Below, in pieces: positions 26,448-39,454 of a stretch of 64,000 bases of DNA. The first letter of the stretch is position 1. Each line of letters starts with the position of its first letter. The notes under the pieces are model-generated. The model made no database searches, was not told the DNA's origin, and worked only from the letters and a program-made list of their open reading frames with translations. The DNA comes from Octopus bimaculoides. Its lineage: Eukaryota. The translations under genes were made by a program, and so were the position numbers. The stretch covers positions 94,526,983-94,590,982 of the forward strand of contig NC_068989.1 of assembly GCF_001194135.2 (NCBI RefSeq), written 5' to 3'.

Positions 26448-26686
26448 TCAAGTAGTTGTACTATTAGTAGTAGTGTCGGTGTCGGTGGTGGTGGTAGTGG
26501 TAGTAATAGTAGTGGCAGCAGCAGCAGTAGTAGTATTAGTGCAGCAGCAAAAGTAGTAGTAGTAGTAGTGGTAGTAGTAATAGTAGTAGTAATAGTAGTA
26601 GTAGTCGTAGTGTCGGTGGCGGAGGTAGTGGTAGTAGTATTAGTAGCAGCAGCTGCAGTAGTAGTAGTAGTAGTAGTAGTAGTAGC
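26448..26686. repeat. Compound (GTA/GCA/GTG)n trinucleotide repeat
   Basis: Direct reading; source of the poly-Thr ORF 26438-26773. Confidence 0.95.
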
Positions 26687-27438
26687 GATAAATGCTTGAA
26701 AAACATGACTATCACTTTCTGAGTCTCCGTCGTTAGTACCCAATGACGGCGATGTGAGATGACCAGTAATCACCAGAGCGTCCCTCTACTAGAAGGACGG
26801 TAGGGGTCCCTCAGCCCCTGTGATTTTATTGTGCAACCTGATATTAAACAAGAATATTTCTGCGTGACCCTGCTCAGATGATATGATATCGCATATGCTG
26901 GTTAACTCATACCTAGGACATTGACAGGTGCCACGAACTTGGGTCAGACGACAAATGGGTTCAACAGTGACCAGGAACTGGTTCCGCACTCCATGAAAAA
27001 ATTCTGGAAGGCACGAACCAGAGACCCAATATCGGATACGTACACATAAGTAGGTCACCTTCTCCCTCTCGCCTTTTTTCTCCTCTCCCTTTAATCCTCT
27101 CTTCCTGTCTTCGATTTGACCTTACTAATACATTCCCTACTTTTATGTCATTTTAATCAGGACCCTTGATTCATTAACGCTGTGTATAAACTCTGTATTT
27201 GGAATGACCAATTTCAAAGACTTTTGGATTGTACTCATAGGGTATTGGAATCTTAATAATGGATTTACAAATGCAATGACCAATCTTAAAGACCATTGGA
27301 TTTTGCTCACAGTGTATTGGAATCTTATATGTATACCAATTTGCCTAAACAATGGATTTACAAATGCAATATCCTTACATTCACTCTCTATTTCCTATCT
27401 TATCTAAATTAACTATCGCTTAATCATCCTCTCACACC

Positions 27439-27486
27439 GTCTCCGATGAAGGGATATAATAAATATCCTGGAAACAGCTGTAAGAC
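27439..27486 (+). ncRNA. Minimal type I hammerhead ribozyme motif, CCGAUGA core (Penelope-terminal-repeat-like)
   Basis: Helix I GTCT/AGAC; core CCGATGA (U4 replaced by C); helix II GGATAT/ATATCC; GAAA; palindromic helix III ACAGCTGT; predicted cleavage after GUA at 27482. Confidence 0.7.
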
Positions 27487-29102
27487 CTAGTTATAGATGT
27501 TCTATAATGTACACAGCCTTGGTTTTTTTATCTCCTTACGATAAATAAATCCCTATATGCACACGCTGATATATGACCTACGTTGGACCCCTTATTCGCA
27601 TAATCACCGAACCTGGAGCTTAGCTATGGTCTATCCATAGCACTTACTCAGNNNNNNNNNNCCGAACCTGGAGCTTAGCTATGGTCTATCCATAGCACTT
27701 ACTCAGCATTACCTGAAACCTCTGGGTCTAATTGACACCACTATCGCTCATAACCTCATATATATAGTTATGAAACTAAAACAGATGTGAACGAACGAAA
27801 GTGTGAGAAAGTTGGTGAGATACGCTGGAGCATCGAAATTAAATTTAGATGAGCTATCCCTAACATAACAACGATATGACAAACTGAGCGTATGTGCAGT
27901 TCAACACTAAATTCAAGTATAAATGTTCTTGTACTTATGTATAACTTCTTATTTATCTCATATATTTCTTTAAATATCTAATTTTTTTCGCTTTATAGCT
28001 TGACATAAAACTAATTTTGAGATAAAACTAAAGTTCCAATGTTATATTTCTCTCGAGAAATATAACCGTATGTATGAATATAATGTTATCTATTCTTGGT
28101 TTTAGTAAGAAACAGTTGTAGCTGCTGGAAGCTAACACACGCTACTTAGGTTTTCTGTTACCAATGAATATTTAAAATATAATATTACTATTATAGCTCT
28201 GCATCTTGTAGTTCAAGATAATACAATTTCCATATAAATTTGCCACCCGTATATTGGTGTCTGTACTGTTACTATAGAAGTTTAAGCAAAGAAAATAAAT
28301 ATTGCTTTTCGCCATAGTTATTTTTGTTTTTGTTTTTATTATATAAGCAGGAAGTTTCAAACTATTTAGGGAAAAGAAAATTGCTGCTTATAACGTTTAT
28401 ATTATCAAAAAGATATATAAATAATAAATATACATCGCTAACGTAACTTAACCTATAGCAAATCGTATTACAAACCAGCCAGCTAGCTAACACGAAAAAT
28501 GCAACACCAATAAAATTGAAAACTAGAATGCAGAGAAAACCTATATCGTGAAACGCTACAAGTTATACAATCCCTTTTTTTTTCTTCAAAAACGAATGAA
28601 ATTAAAGCAAACAGAAAATTTCATATCTGGGCGATCAATTACGTAGCTATCTTAAGACCTAAAGCAAATTTAATATACTTGTGATCAATTATATAGCTAT
28701 CTAAACATCCAAATCGAAAATTTAATATTATTCGTCCATATAGGCTAACGCTCTACAAAATCTGATTTATGAACATATGTTAGCATAAATAAAATTAATT
28801 AACTTCCTGTTCATCTATTGAAGTATATATATAGGTGTTATAATTTAAATGAAAATCTGTTTCGGTCTCTAATGCATATCATACAAATACAATTCATTTA
28901 TATACTCATATATGAAAAGCATTTTGCACAAATACTATATATAGATATATCTATATATATAGAGAGAGAACATATTTAATACGATAGAGATACGCAGATT
29001 TTAGCACACACTTATCCAAAGAATGAGTAGTACCTACTCACAAATACAAGAAATTCAATGCCAATAACCGTTGATATACATGTGTGTGTGTGTGAGTGTG
29101 TG

Positions 29103-29137
<35 letters not shown>

Positions 29138-29473
29138 GTCTGTGTCTGTGTGTCTGTGTGTCTGTATGTGTGTGTCTGTGTGTGTGTGTCTGTGTCTGTG
29201 TGTCTGTGTCTGTGTCTGTGTCTGTGTGTGTGTGTACGTGTAGGAATGAAAATCGTGTACGTCTACGGCTGGCTAGAAAGATTGCTTGCTTACTAGCAAT
29301 TTTGGTATATTCAGCTGACACCAAAAGCTAAAAAACCTCTAGGGTGTTGTTGACTGACGCTACAAACATGCATTGTTTCAGTGTTAATGAATACTCCTCC
29401 TTGGTATTATGAGGACCAAAAGAAAATGCATTTCAAAATGTTTCTATGAACTTCTATATAAAAAAATTATCAT

Positions 29474-29611
29474 GTGATAGAATGGTGTCACCTTCATATG
29501 ACAGTCACGTGAAAGGGAAGAGTGCTACTGTTATTTATCCCCAGGGCTAAATAACAGTAGCATTCTTCCCTTTTATGGAACTGTCACATTAAGTTCACAA
29601 CATACTATCAC
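29474..29611. mobile_element. Short palindromic MITE-like element
   Basis: GTGATAG/CTATCAC ends; inner AAGGGAAGAGTGCTACTGTTATTTA vs revcomp of TAAATAACAGTAGCATTCTTCCCTT (24/25). Confidence 0.8.
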
Positions 29612-30276
29612 TTTATCGTGCTGCTACTGCATAAATCCCTCTGAGAGATTTAGAAATGTATTATTTCTATTTTCAAGAAATTATCACTCTCATAACATAA
29701 ACTTACAACCAAGTTTCTTTATCGGTCAAACATTAAACCACTTTAAATATGTAAGAAGTATTATGAATAGCACTGAAACTTTAAATCTGAAATATTCTTC
29801 AGTATACAAAAGCAACTCTGAAGCTGAAATCAAAGTTCGAAATTGGTCAACAGGACAATCTCTTACCTCGGTTGCTAGCGTTCAAATTGCATTCGAAGTG
29901 TCGACACAGAGCAACAGGAAACCGCCGTTCCCACATTCTCAACAGTCCTGTTTCTTAAACATATAAGTACGCTGGACATCTTCGATCGCATCCAAAGACA
30001 GACTAATCGGCATGAACATAGGACCAATAGAGATTCGTCTCAGTGTCTTGTCGATTACTTCAACAATTTTACCCCAAAATAGTTAACGCTCACGAATTCC
30101 ATCCGATTAGTTTTCTGCATCTGGAAGAAAATTTGATTTTAATACCTGCACATTTATGGTAATCCATTCGCCTTGCAGGAATATCTAAAAGTAAAGTTAA
30201 GAAATAGTCTAACTTCCCATCTAATAATCAGAATTAATTAAACGAAACCAAAACTTTTTATTTAACATTGAATTTA

Positions 30277-30462
30277 AATTCTGGCACAAGGCCAGCAAGT
30301 TCTGGCGGATGGGATAGTCGATGGTATCGACTCCGATACTTATTTCATCGATCAGGAAGGGATGAAAAGCAAAGTTGACTTCGGTGGAACTCAAAATGTA
30401 AAGAAGGACGAAGTGCCGCTAAGCATTTGGCCCAACATGCTAACTATTCTGTCAGTTGGCCA
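30277..30462 (-). mobile_element. SINE family A, diverged
   Basis: GGCACAAGGCC..GATGAAAAGCAAAGTTGACTTCGGTGGAACTCAAAATGTAAAG..GCTAAGCATTT..GCTAAC.ATTCTG.CAG, reverse complement of the family-A pattern. Confidence 0.75.
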
Positions 30463-30957
30463 CTTTTGTGTGTGTGTGTGTTTAATTACTGAAAGAAAAT
30501 GTACCCTGTTGAATCGAAGGAAAACTCAAAATAACATTTAGGCATATTTATCAACTTACCAAATGTTTTCTTATAAAAAAACAAACTGGAAACAATCATG
30601 TTGCACAACTTTTTTCTCTAAATATAATTAAAGTTGTCTTACCTGCAATTTTGTCTCTTAAGATAAAAATGATTACAAGAGAGAAATTTTCAGCGTTTTC
30701 ACTCATTTTCCTTTATAATAAAACATTATACACCACTTCCCGAAACACATTTTTTTCCTAAAGATAGGATCTAGAGTATATATAGGAAATATCGTCGATT
30801 TTAAAGCCATTAACCAATTTAAATCGCAATACACTCTACAATATTAATGTACCGAATTTATAAACAAAAAACCTTGGGCTAATTTTATGCTCATTGGAGA
30901 GAGTGTCTATATGTGTATGTATGTATGGATGTAAATATGTACGTATACATATACATT

Positions 30958-31165
30958 ATTCTTTTATTTGTTTCAGTCATTTGACTGCGACCATGCTGGA
31001 GCACCCCCTTTAGTCGAGCAAATCGACCTCAGAACTTATTGTTTGTAAGCCTGGTACTTATTCTATCGGCCTCTTTTGCTGAACCACTATGTTACAGGGA
31101 CATAAACAGACCAGCTTCGGTTGTCAAGTCATGTTGGGGGGGACAAGCACTGGCACACAAACATA
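30958..31165 (-). mobile_element. SINE family B, 3' body
   Basis: TTTCAGTCATTTGACTGCGACCATGCTGGAGCACC..TTTAGTCGAGCAAATCGACC..GTACTTATTCTATCGG. Confidence 0.85.
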
Positions 31166-31200
31166 TGTGTAACTGTATATGCGAGTCTTCCTCCCTGTCC

Positions 31201-31231
<31 letters not shown>

Positions 31232-31241
31232 TATCTTTCTT

Positions 31242-31308
<67 letters not shown>

Positions 31309-31360
31309 GTATATATATNNNNNNNNNNNNNNNNNNNNNNNNNNNNNNNNNNNNNNNNNN

Positions 31361-31394
<34 letters not shown>

Positions 31395-32091
31395 CAGCGT
31401 GCGATGGATTAATTGTTGTCAATTATAGCTATAAATCCGCATGCGCATTGTTTGCTTTTGCTTTTGTCGACTTCACAATATAGTGGGGTCAGCTGGGCAC
31501 TGTCCATGCGAAAAACACCACCATGACGCCATTCACTCTGCCAGAAATTGGGAAACAACATGCTGTACTGCTTGGCATTCGCGCCGGAAGCTCCAATACA
31601 AACATTTCAGAGTGTAGGATGCCAATCTGAGTCCTCAAAACGTGTACCAAGATTAATAAAAATCATCCAGTCAACATCCAGTAAATATTATGGTGTTTCG
31701 AGTGATCTCTAGTGATAACAACATTATGACTCCATTCATTTTTCCACACGGTCTCAGATTCAGTATGAAGCCCTACCAATTCTTTATAACTGCTTGATAA
31801 AGATCAGACACTCTTCCAAACTGGATTACCATTTTCGCCCTACATCAAGTGCCTGGAGGATTATGGCCGCATTCACCACCTTAAAAAAGGAGACCGTCTA
31901 AAAAAGTTGCAGGAGAATCAGAAGTCGTCTGGCGGTCGCGGTTGAAGTCAATGGCGATTTTATTGAATAAATTTATTCTTTATTATTTCAAGATGTTTCT
32001 ATGTAATTTTGGTAAATATATGTTAAAATGGGATGTCAGAGTTATTTTCATTTATGCATAATTTAAACAGCAAATAGTTCACCGTATCCTG
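31395..32091 (+). mobile_element. Internally deleted Tc1/mariner-superfamily element (maT/rosa-like), about 700 bp
   Basis: Degenerate TIRs CAGCGTGCGATGGATTAATTGTTGTC and revcomp CAGGATACGGTGAACTATTTGCTGT, with TA after the right end. Transposase fragments HPVNIMVFRVISSDNNIMTPFIFPHGLRF and CRRIRSRLAVAVEVNGDFIE*. Confidence 0.75.
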
Positions 32092-32595
32092 TATATGTAT
32101 ACATACGTACACACACACACACACATACATGCATATATATGCATGTATGCATATATGTATATATTACACACTCGCACATACATACACACTCACACACACA
32201 CACATATATGTATATATATATATATGTATGTATGTATGTATATATGTAGGAATATGCTATTTTCGCTTTTATATGCATGGATACTTATGTATACATGGTA
32301 AAGTTAAATGCTGATTAGATACCTAAAGAGATGCGAGAGAGTAATTGAAACTGGAGTTTAGTAAACAATCACAGAATTTAATCAGCCTTATATTTCAATT
32401 AATTTTCTGAGAGAGACGGACAGCTTGCAATGTCGATATTGACTTTAAGTTAACACTTTCTGTTTTGTCAACAGAGCTTTGATCGTTGACCTTCAGTCAT
32501 TATTTTATTCATTTATGAAATTATAAACATCGTTCCGTATGAGATTGCTTATACGCAGACATGTGAAAATAGAGTCACACGTAGTACACATATAA

Positions 32596-32658
<63 letters not shown>

Positions 32659-32679
32659 GTATATATATACATGATGGAT

Positions 32680-33605
32680 TGTCTTGTTCAATTACTGATA
32701 TCTTGCATTTTGTTTGCACCTCACTGTTAGGGATATAGTAACTCGGTTTTATGTTGGAGATTGTACGCAAGCATGGCATAAGAAAAGCGTCAAGCTGGGT
32801 GAGGTCGAAAATTCAGCACCATAAAGCAATAGTGTCAAAACACCGACTTATATACATCGACTTTCACCTTCAACGATAGGTCATGGCTGATCCAATGCAT
32901 GTGGTGAAGCTTACCGAAAGTGGAACTAGCCTTCTCAGTTCTGAGCTCAATTCCTTAATCCATCAATGGACACAATGGAACCACGGTACGTGAAGAAGGA
33001 AACAGTTTTTAATGCTTTCTCATCAACATATACATTAAGGACAACAGTGGAAAGATGGTCACGAATGGGCTGATAGACAAGCTCAGTTTTCTTGATGCTG
33101 ATGGTCAGACCAAAACCCTTCGATGCACGCGAGAATCTGTTTAAAATATATTGCAATTCCTCAAGAGTGTGTACTACGAGTGCATAATCGCCTGCGAATC
33201 AAAGTCTGTTTTTGCTTTGAAGCGTTGTTGGTTGAATAAGCCACTTCCAGTTCTGTACTCAAACTTTAATCCTTTAACATTTTCGAACGCTGTTTCCAAA
33301 ATGGTCGGGAAATGCAAAGAAAATAAGAGCGGTGCAAGAACACAGCCTTGTTTCGCCCAATTTGAGACTGTGAGTGAGTTGGATACTTCCCTACTAGATC
33401 TAGCAGGAGTCAACATCCCTTGATGGAAAGAAATGATGACACTGAGTATCTTTTTAGAGTACCTAGCTCTTCAAGGGCACCCCAAAGGAAATCTCTAGAT
33501 ACGGTGTCGAAAGCTTTAGTTAGACCAACAAAAGTGGCAAAAATGCCTCGGTTGTGCTCACGAGTTTTTTTCTGCTGTTGCCTCAGGCTGAAAATCATAT
33601 CTGAA
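32680..33605 (-). mobile_element. RTE-clade (BovB-like) LINE reverse transcriptase remnant
   Basis: DMIFSLRQQQKK..LTKAFDTVSRD.LW; KQGCVLAPLLFS; LFNQQRFKAKT; FAGDYAL (FADD motif mutated); FGLTISIKKT; FTYRGS; LLYGAE; CLRTISNIK. Frameshifted. Confidence 0.93.
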
Positions 33606-34290
33606 AGAAATGTGTTGGTTACGTACGTATATCCAACTTCATTGCAACCATTCCTTTCAATTTGTTTCAGACAAGAAAAATTAAAATGTTCAACCCTGAA
33701 GAGAATTACTAGAATTAAAAAAATTAAAACTGAGAATTGGATGAATGGAATCTTTCATAGTGTTTTGTAAATTCAAAATCCGCCTCCTTTGTAATGATAG
33801 CTCCTTGCCTATGAAAATGCAAGAAATTTAGAGGAAAGGGTTATGTATGTAGGCTTCAATACTGAAATGATGTTCGATTTATAGCTGTCTGATGTATAAG
33901 AAACAATGTTGGTCTCGACAGGATTTGAACCCAGAACGTGAAGAGCTGGAAGAAATATCGCAAGGTCTTCTTTAAATTCCCAGCCCCCTTCTACTCTTAG
34001 TTATACTAATAATTTCTAATATAGCACGATGTCAACAGATTTGGAGAAATACCCTTGTCAATTACATCACCTCAAACACGTGTGTAATACTTTATTTTAG
34101 AGTAATTTTTAGGATGAATAGTGAATTTCCACTAGATGGCATTTGAACCCTGGACATAAAAATCTAGATGAAAAAGAGTAACACGTGGCGTTTGTTCGAT
34201 ACTCTAATGACTTTCTCTTTATCCAATGGCCTCTTCTCCTTTACTTCGTAATAATATACAACGCAGCTGATAAATACATTTGGATAGAAT

Positions 34291-34500
34291 ATTCTTTCTA
34301 CTCATGGCACAAGGCCCGAAATGTCTGAGGAGGGGGCCAGTCGATTAGATCGACCCCGGTGCGCAACTGGTACTTAATTTATCGACCCCGAAAGGATGAA
34401 AGACAAAGTCGACCTCTGCGGAATTTGAACTCAGAACGTAAAGGCAGACGAAATACCACGTATACTGGCGTACTAACGATTCTACCAGCTCACCGCCTTG
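34291..34500 (-). mobile_element. SINE family A with target-site duplication
   Basis: Family-A sequence; GATAGAATATT at 34283-34293 and 34507-34517. Confidence 0.9.
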
Positions 34501-35446
34501 TATTTTGATAGAATATTGTGAGAACTATTCTTGTACCAGGAGTAAGTATATCAAGGAATATAATTGTAAAATAGGTACTTTCTCCATCTCACCAAAAATC
34601 ATGAAAAAAAGATATAATAAAATATATAATCGAACAACGAGTCGTCGATATTTTGTAATGAGAATATTTCACATCTGAATTTTTTAATTATTCCAACTTA
34701 ACCATGTAGCCAGCAAATCATTTAGAATTAACACATGTAGAAAACCTCATAATTTACCAGATATTGTTTACTCTTTCACATTGTTAGTGGAATATAGGTG
34801 TTCATTAGAACGTGCAAAATAATATTCTTTGCAACTTTTAATTAATTATCATATAATACATAATTTTCTTCATTTTTTTCTTTTCATTTTCTTTTTTTGG
34901 AACTTTTAATAAGCTGGAGATTTTATGCAAACTACATTCGTGTTATTAATAAAATATATTGCTATTAGGAAGTTGCATAATTCAAAAACAAAATAGAAAT
35001 AACAATTTACTTCAAAGTGATAAAATAATATTGTTTCACTTCTATATTGAAGTTCGTAATGCTGTAATATTTGGTATTGTTGCTACCGCTGCTGCTGCTG
35101 CTTCTCAAAACTATTGGTAACACACCAAGTGGAATAATTATAAAGCTAGGAAGAAATTGTTAACGCAGCAGTCAGCAAATTTATAAGGTGGTGTTTATTA
35201 ACAAAATTCAATTTAATATAATTACTAAATATGCTGTTTAGGTTTTAATGTCAGTCGATATGAGATTCGCAGTATCTGTGTGTGTGTGTGATTTTAATTA
35301 ATACATTGCAATGATTGCTGAAACGTTTCAACTAAATTATTATAATGTTTGTACGGACCAGTATATGTTGAGAGTTATTTAAATGGAAATGTGTAGGATC
35401 TTATATGAAGAAATCATATAAGGGCATACATATGCAAACATATCAC

Positions 35447-35775
35447 ATAGACATGGGGTGGTGAGGAGGCTTGCTCCCCGGCAACGTGGTTCCATGATCA
35501 GTCTTACAGCGTGGCATCTTGTGCAAATGTCTTCCACTATAATCCCGGGCCGTCCAATGCCTTAAGCAGCTCCTCGTATATATGTATATATGTGTGTGTG
35601 TGTGTGAATGTGTGCTTTTATTTATGTGTGTGCCTTTGTGTTTGTGTGTGTTCCTTATTTCCGCTTGCCAAACGGTGTTGGTTTGTTTAACAACCCCTCC
35701 ACACCGTCCCCGCAACTTATCAGTCCAGTAAAAGCGACCGAATAAGCCCCGGGACCAGTTCGTTCTGCTAAAAAC
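35447..35775 (+). mobile_element. SINE family B, diverged, with internal (TA)/(TG) tract
   Basis: Head GTGGTGAGGAGGCTTGCT..CGTGGTTCC..CAGCGTGGCATCTTGTGCAAATGTCTTCCACTATA..CGGGCCG; body TTGCCAAACGGTGTTGG. Confidence 0.7.
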
Positions 35776-35898
35776 CAAAACAGATATATATTATGCCAAA
35801 CACGATATTAAAAGAAAACTTAGCAAAAGATATATTGTAAAAATTATTTAGTCTTTAATTTCTTACAGTTTTTCTTTGCACTCTCTCTCTCTCTCTCG

Positions 35899-35932
<34 letters not shown>

Positions 35933-37038
35933 ATTTCTCTCTCTCTCTTTCTCTTCCNNNNNNNNNNNNNNNNNNNNNNNNNNNNNNNNNNNNNNNNNNN
36001 NNNNNNNNNNNNNNNNNNNNNNNNNNNNNNNNNNNNNNNNNNNNNNNNNNNNNNNNNNNNNNNNNNNNNNNNNNNNNTATATATATATATATATATATAT
36101 ATATTCCTGTCTTGCTTCATAGGAAGGAGAACCTGAGCAGAAAGTAGTTATTCTCCCTTGTGAAGGAGTGAGAGAAATACGCAAATTTTCCTTCAGTTTC
36201 CCTATTTATTTTACTTACTCTCGTTTTTGTTCATCATTTCTTCATATTTTTGAAGTTTATCATTTGTAAGTTGTTAGAAACTGCCTGCTTTTTGAGACTA
36301 GCCTGCAGGTATTTAGAAATCTGATCAAGTTCGCCATTCACCAGATAGAAACTTTTAGCTCCTGGCAAGCACTTAGATTGAAACTGTTACTTCGTGAGTA
36401 AATGCCTGCAGACTACATATCCACCAACACACAGTCTTTTACACATACACAGCTCTTAACATGTTCGCAATCTTATGCATGTGACGAAACCTTACTTTTC
36501 CTTCAGCTCTCACTCTGTTGCTGGCGTTCAATGCAGAGGTTAAGATTTCTCTAATTCCGATTACGTGTATGAGTAAAACGTTTTTTTTTTTTGTTTATTT
36601 TTATACGTCTAAATATATAATTTGTAAGAAATAGTAGAAAAGTAATATGAAACCTCTAGACAATTATGTCAGTGTTCAGAATCCTCAGGCAGTATTCTTA
36701 TAGTTTTTTTTATATATGAAAAGGTAAAGAAGTTCAGTCACTTGTGTTCTTTCGCTTGACCGTCTGCCGGTTCACAGGAACGTAAGTGATACCAGAAAGA
36801 CGGTGTTCGAACTCCAAACACAGAAAGAAATTAAAAGAGCAAATACGAAGACGAAACCATTTCGATACGAGAAACACACACACACAAATATATGTGTGGT
36901 TATGTATGTATATATGTATGTGTGGGTATGTATGTGCACATGTATGTATATATGTGAGTGCCTTTGTCGTTGCGTCAGTCACTAACACGAATAGAAACCG
37001 ATGCTACCTTGTTTATACCTCCGCAAAATACAGGGTGT

Positions 37039-37070
37039 CCCGAAATTAATGCAACCGAAGTTTCGGGCTT
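37039..37070 (+). mobile_element. Isolated Tc1/mariner-type TIR
   Basis: TA-CAGGGTGTCCCGAAATTAATGCAA; no partner TIR found. Confidence 0.45.
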
Positions 37071-37915
37071 TAATAACTATCAATAAATGTTATAAAATAT
37101 GAGAATTATACTTCTTTTTATTTTACAATAAATAAATTCAGATTTATTTATTAGATAATGGCTATACACCGAAATACAATCAAAACCTGGAAATGCCTGA
37201 TGCTTACTTAAAAAGTGAAGCGATGATTTGTGTCATTGCAACGTTGGGTAGAATGTCTTACATCTTTTTCCCGAAACTTTGCGTTCCTACTTAAAAGCGT
37301 GCCAACATCAAATTTGCTTTTCATTGTTTCATTTCGATATCTGCGAATCAAGGGCAGTAGGTTGGTGGTACTTTAAAAACATCGGAATTGATGATTTCGT
37401 ATTTCCTCCAATAGTTGCCATTCCGGTTTCAAATACCTCCATGGACAATTTGAGTGTAAGCCTTAATCCGTCTTCTTGTTCATTAACTCCACGTTTAGCA
37501 GAGATCTGTTTCAAGTTTTCCAACGAGTTCTCCAGTTTAATAATGACTTTTCCCTCCCCAGTTAGTCCCAAATAGCCCAGTAATGGGACACGGGTAGTGC
37601 TTTTCTAGTCTGTGGAAATTATTAAAATTTATCCTAAACTGATTAACAGTCACTGAGCACGTAAATATACTCAACCATCGGATGGGACGTGTAACATGTA
37701 TATACTTTAGACGAGGAATTGTCTGTTATTCCTGTTTGATGCTCTATAAAATTTCAGGCTGGACTGAAACGTTACTTATTCCTTCATATAATAACCATTT
37801 TTATTGGCCGATCGATTAGTCGTAACTTGTTGAGTAATGCCGAATGCCGTTCACCGTCAATGACATCACCAACTACAATTTATTTTTTCTGTTTCTGTAT
37901 GAAACTTCAATACAT

Positions 37916-38017
<102 letters not shown>

Positions 38018-38207
38018 CCAGTATATCAAATGTCGAAAATATAGAGCTTTTCTTGAAATTCGAACGAACAGCATACAATAGTATTCGTCTGAACTCCCTT
38101 TATTTCCAGACTATAAATTATTTGAGTATTTCATTTATACATAGAAAGTCACGCAAACTTCTGTATTCGGACTCAAATGCACTTACACACACACGCACGC
38201 ACACATT

Positions 38208-38256
<49 letters not shown>

Positions 38257-39454
38257 AAACACACATACATACAGACTTACATAGATAAATGCATACACGC
38301 ATATGTATATGCATGCATACGTGCACATGCAAAACTGAACATCGCAACAGGATTTTTTTAAAAACTAAATATTATGTTTGTAAGTTTTGATGCAAAATCA
38401 TTCTTTGATCGTGTTAAAATGGTCTCATGAAATCGTGCTATCATATCGTTTGATAATTTAATTGTAACTAAGTTTGCTTTGCTTCAAACGTGTATATATT
38501 TCGTAACATAAAAAAAGGTACTTATAAATACATAAATATCTATGTACATGCGGCATGCGTATCTATCCATCTTTCTATCTTTCTGGTTATTTATCACCAT
38601 ATATATATATATATATATATCAACCTACCTTATTTGTAAATATAGGCTTGAATTAATAGCTACACTGACATACGGATTCATTTTGACATATTTCATTATA
38701 TGTTTCTATAGTCTTTGGGCGATTTTAAATTTCAATTTTGAAATCTTTATATCTTTAGTATTCTCTGTTTCATGGAATCTATTTAAATAATTTTTAGAAG
38801 CTTTACACCTAAATTCTTTCGACATCAATCAGACATAGGGTAAAAAAAGATCTCTTTATATTTGTAATTAATTTTTGCCAAATATTATCAGCACTTAAAC
38901 TTTACTTTATGATGGCATCTATACTGCTGCTTCTTCAAATAATCTTCGTTTGCTAGAATTCTAGTGAAGTAAGTTAATTAATATGATTCATGATGAAATA
39001 GAAATCAGTATAACACGGAAATCTAAATTTACATCTAACGCAATGCATTATTATATGCATTTACAGTGAGGTAGACATGTCATAAATGAACTATCTCAAA
39101 AAGCATTCTAAATTTAAAATTCTAACATAATTTTTCGTTATCTTTTTTTCACAGGTTATTTCTATTACACATGAAATTAGAAATATTCAAATCTAAAATT
39201 GCTATAAGCACTCTATAACGTGCTTCGTATATTTAAGGTTGGAAAGAATGTCCTGTCGCGTTCTTCAGTGTATTATTTTGAGTGTATTTTTTTCCGTACT
39301 TGCCGTAAAATGAGCAAATATTTTTTGCAATTTATAACTTATTTTCTTCCTTTCAAAATTACGTTTTATCATTGTGTTTAAATTTGTATCGATTGTATCC
39401 TACGAAAAAGCATTGGGTTTGCATGAATATAACATTTCTGAAGGATCGCATAAT

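Noticed and set aside
27607-27706. 45-bp exact direct repeat
   Set aside because: The copies sit on either side of a 10-N gap, typical of an unmerged contig overlap.
29780-30190. Minus-strand acceptor/donor pairs around a frame of about 70 codons
   Set aside because: Stops in all frames just after the acceptor, an implausibly short 43-nt intron, and no recognisable protein.
36500-36545. Possible 32-nt plus-strand exon (LTLLLAFNAE) after CCTTACTTTTCCTTCAG
   Set aside because: Weak donor and no partner exons; such motifs are expected by chance in 64 kb of AT-rich DNA.
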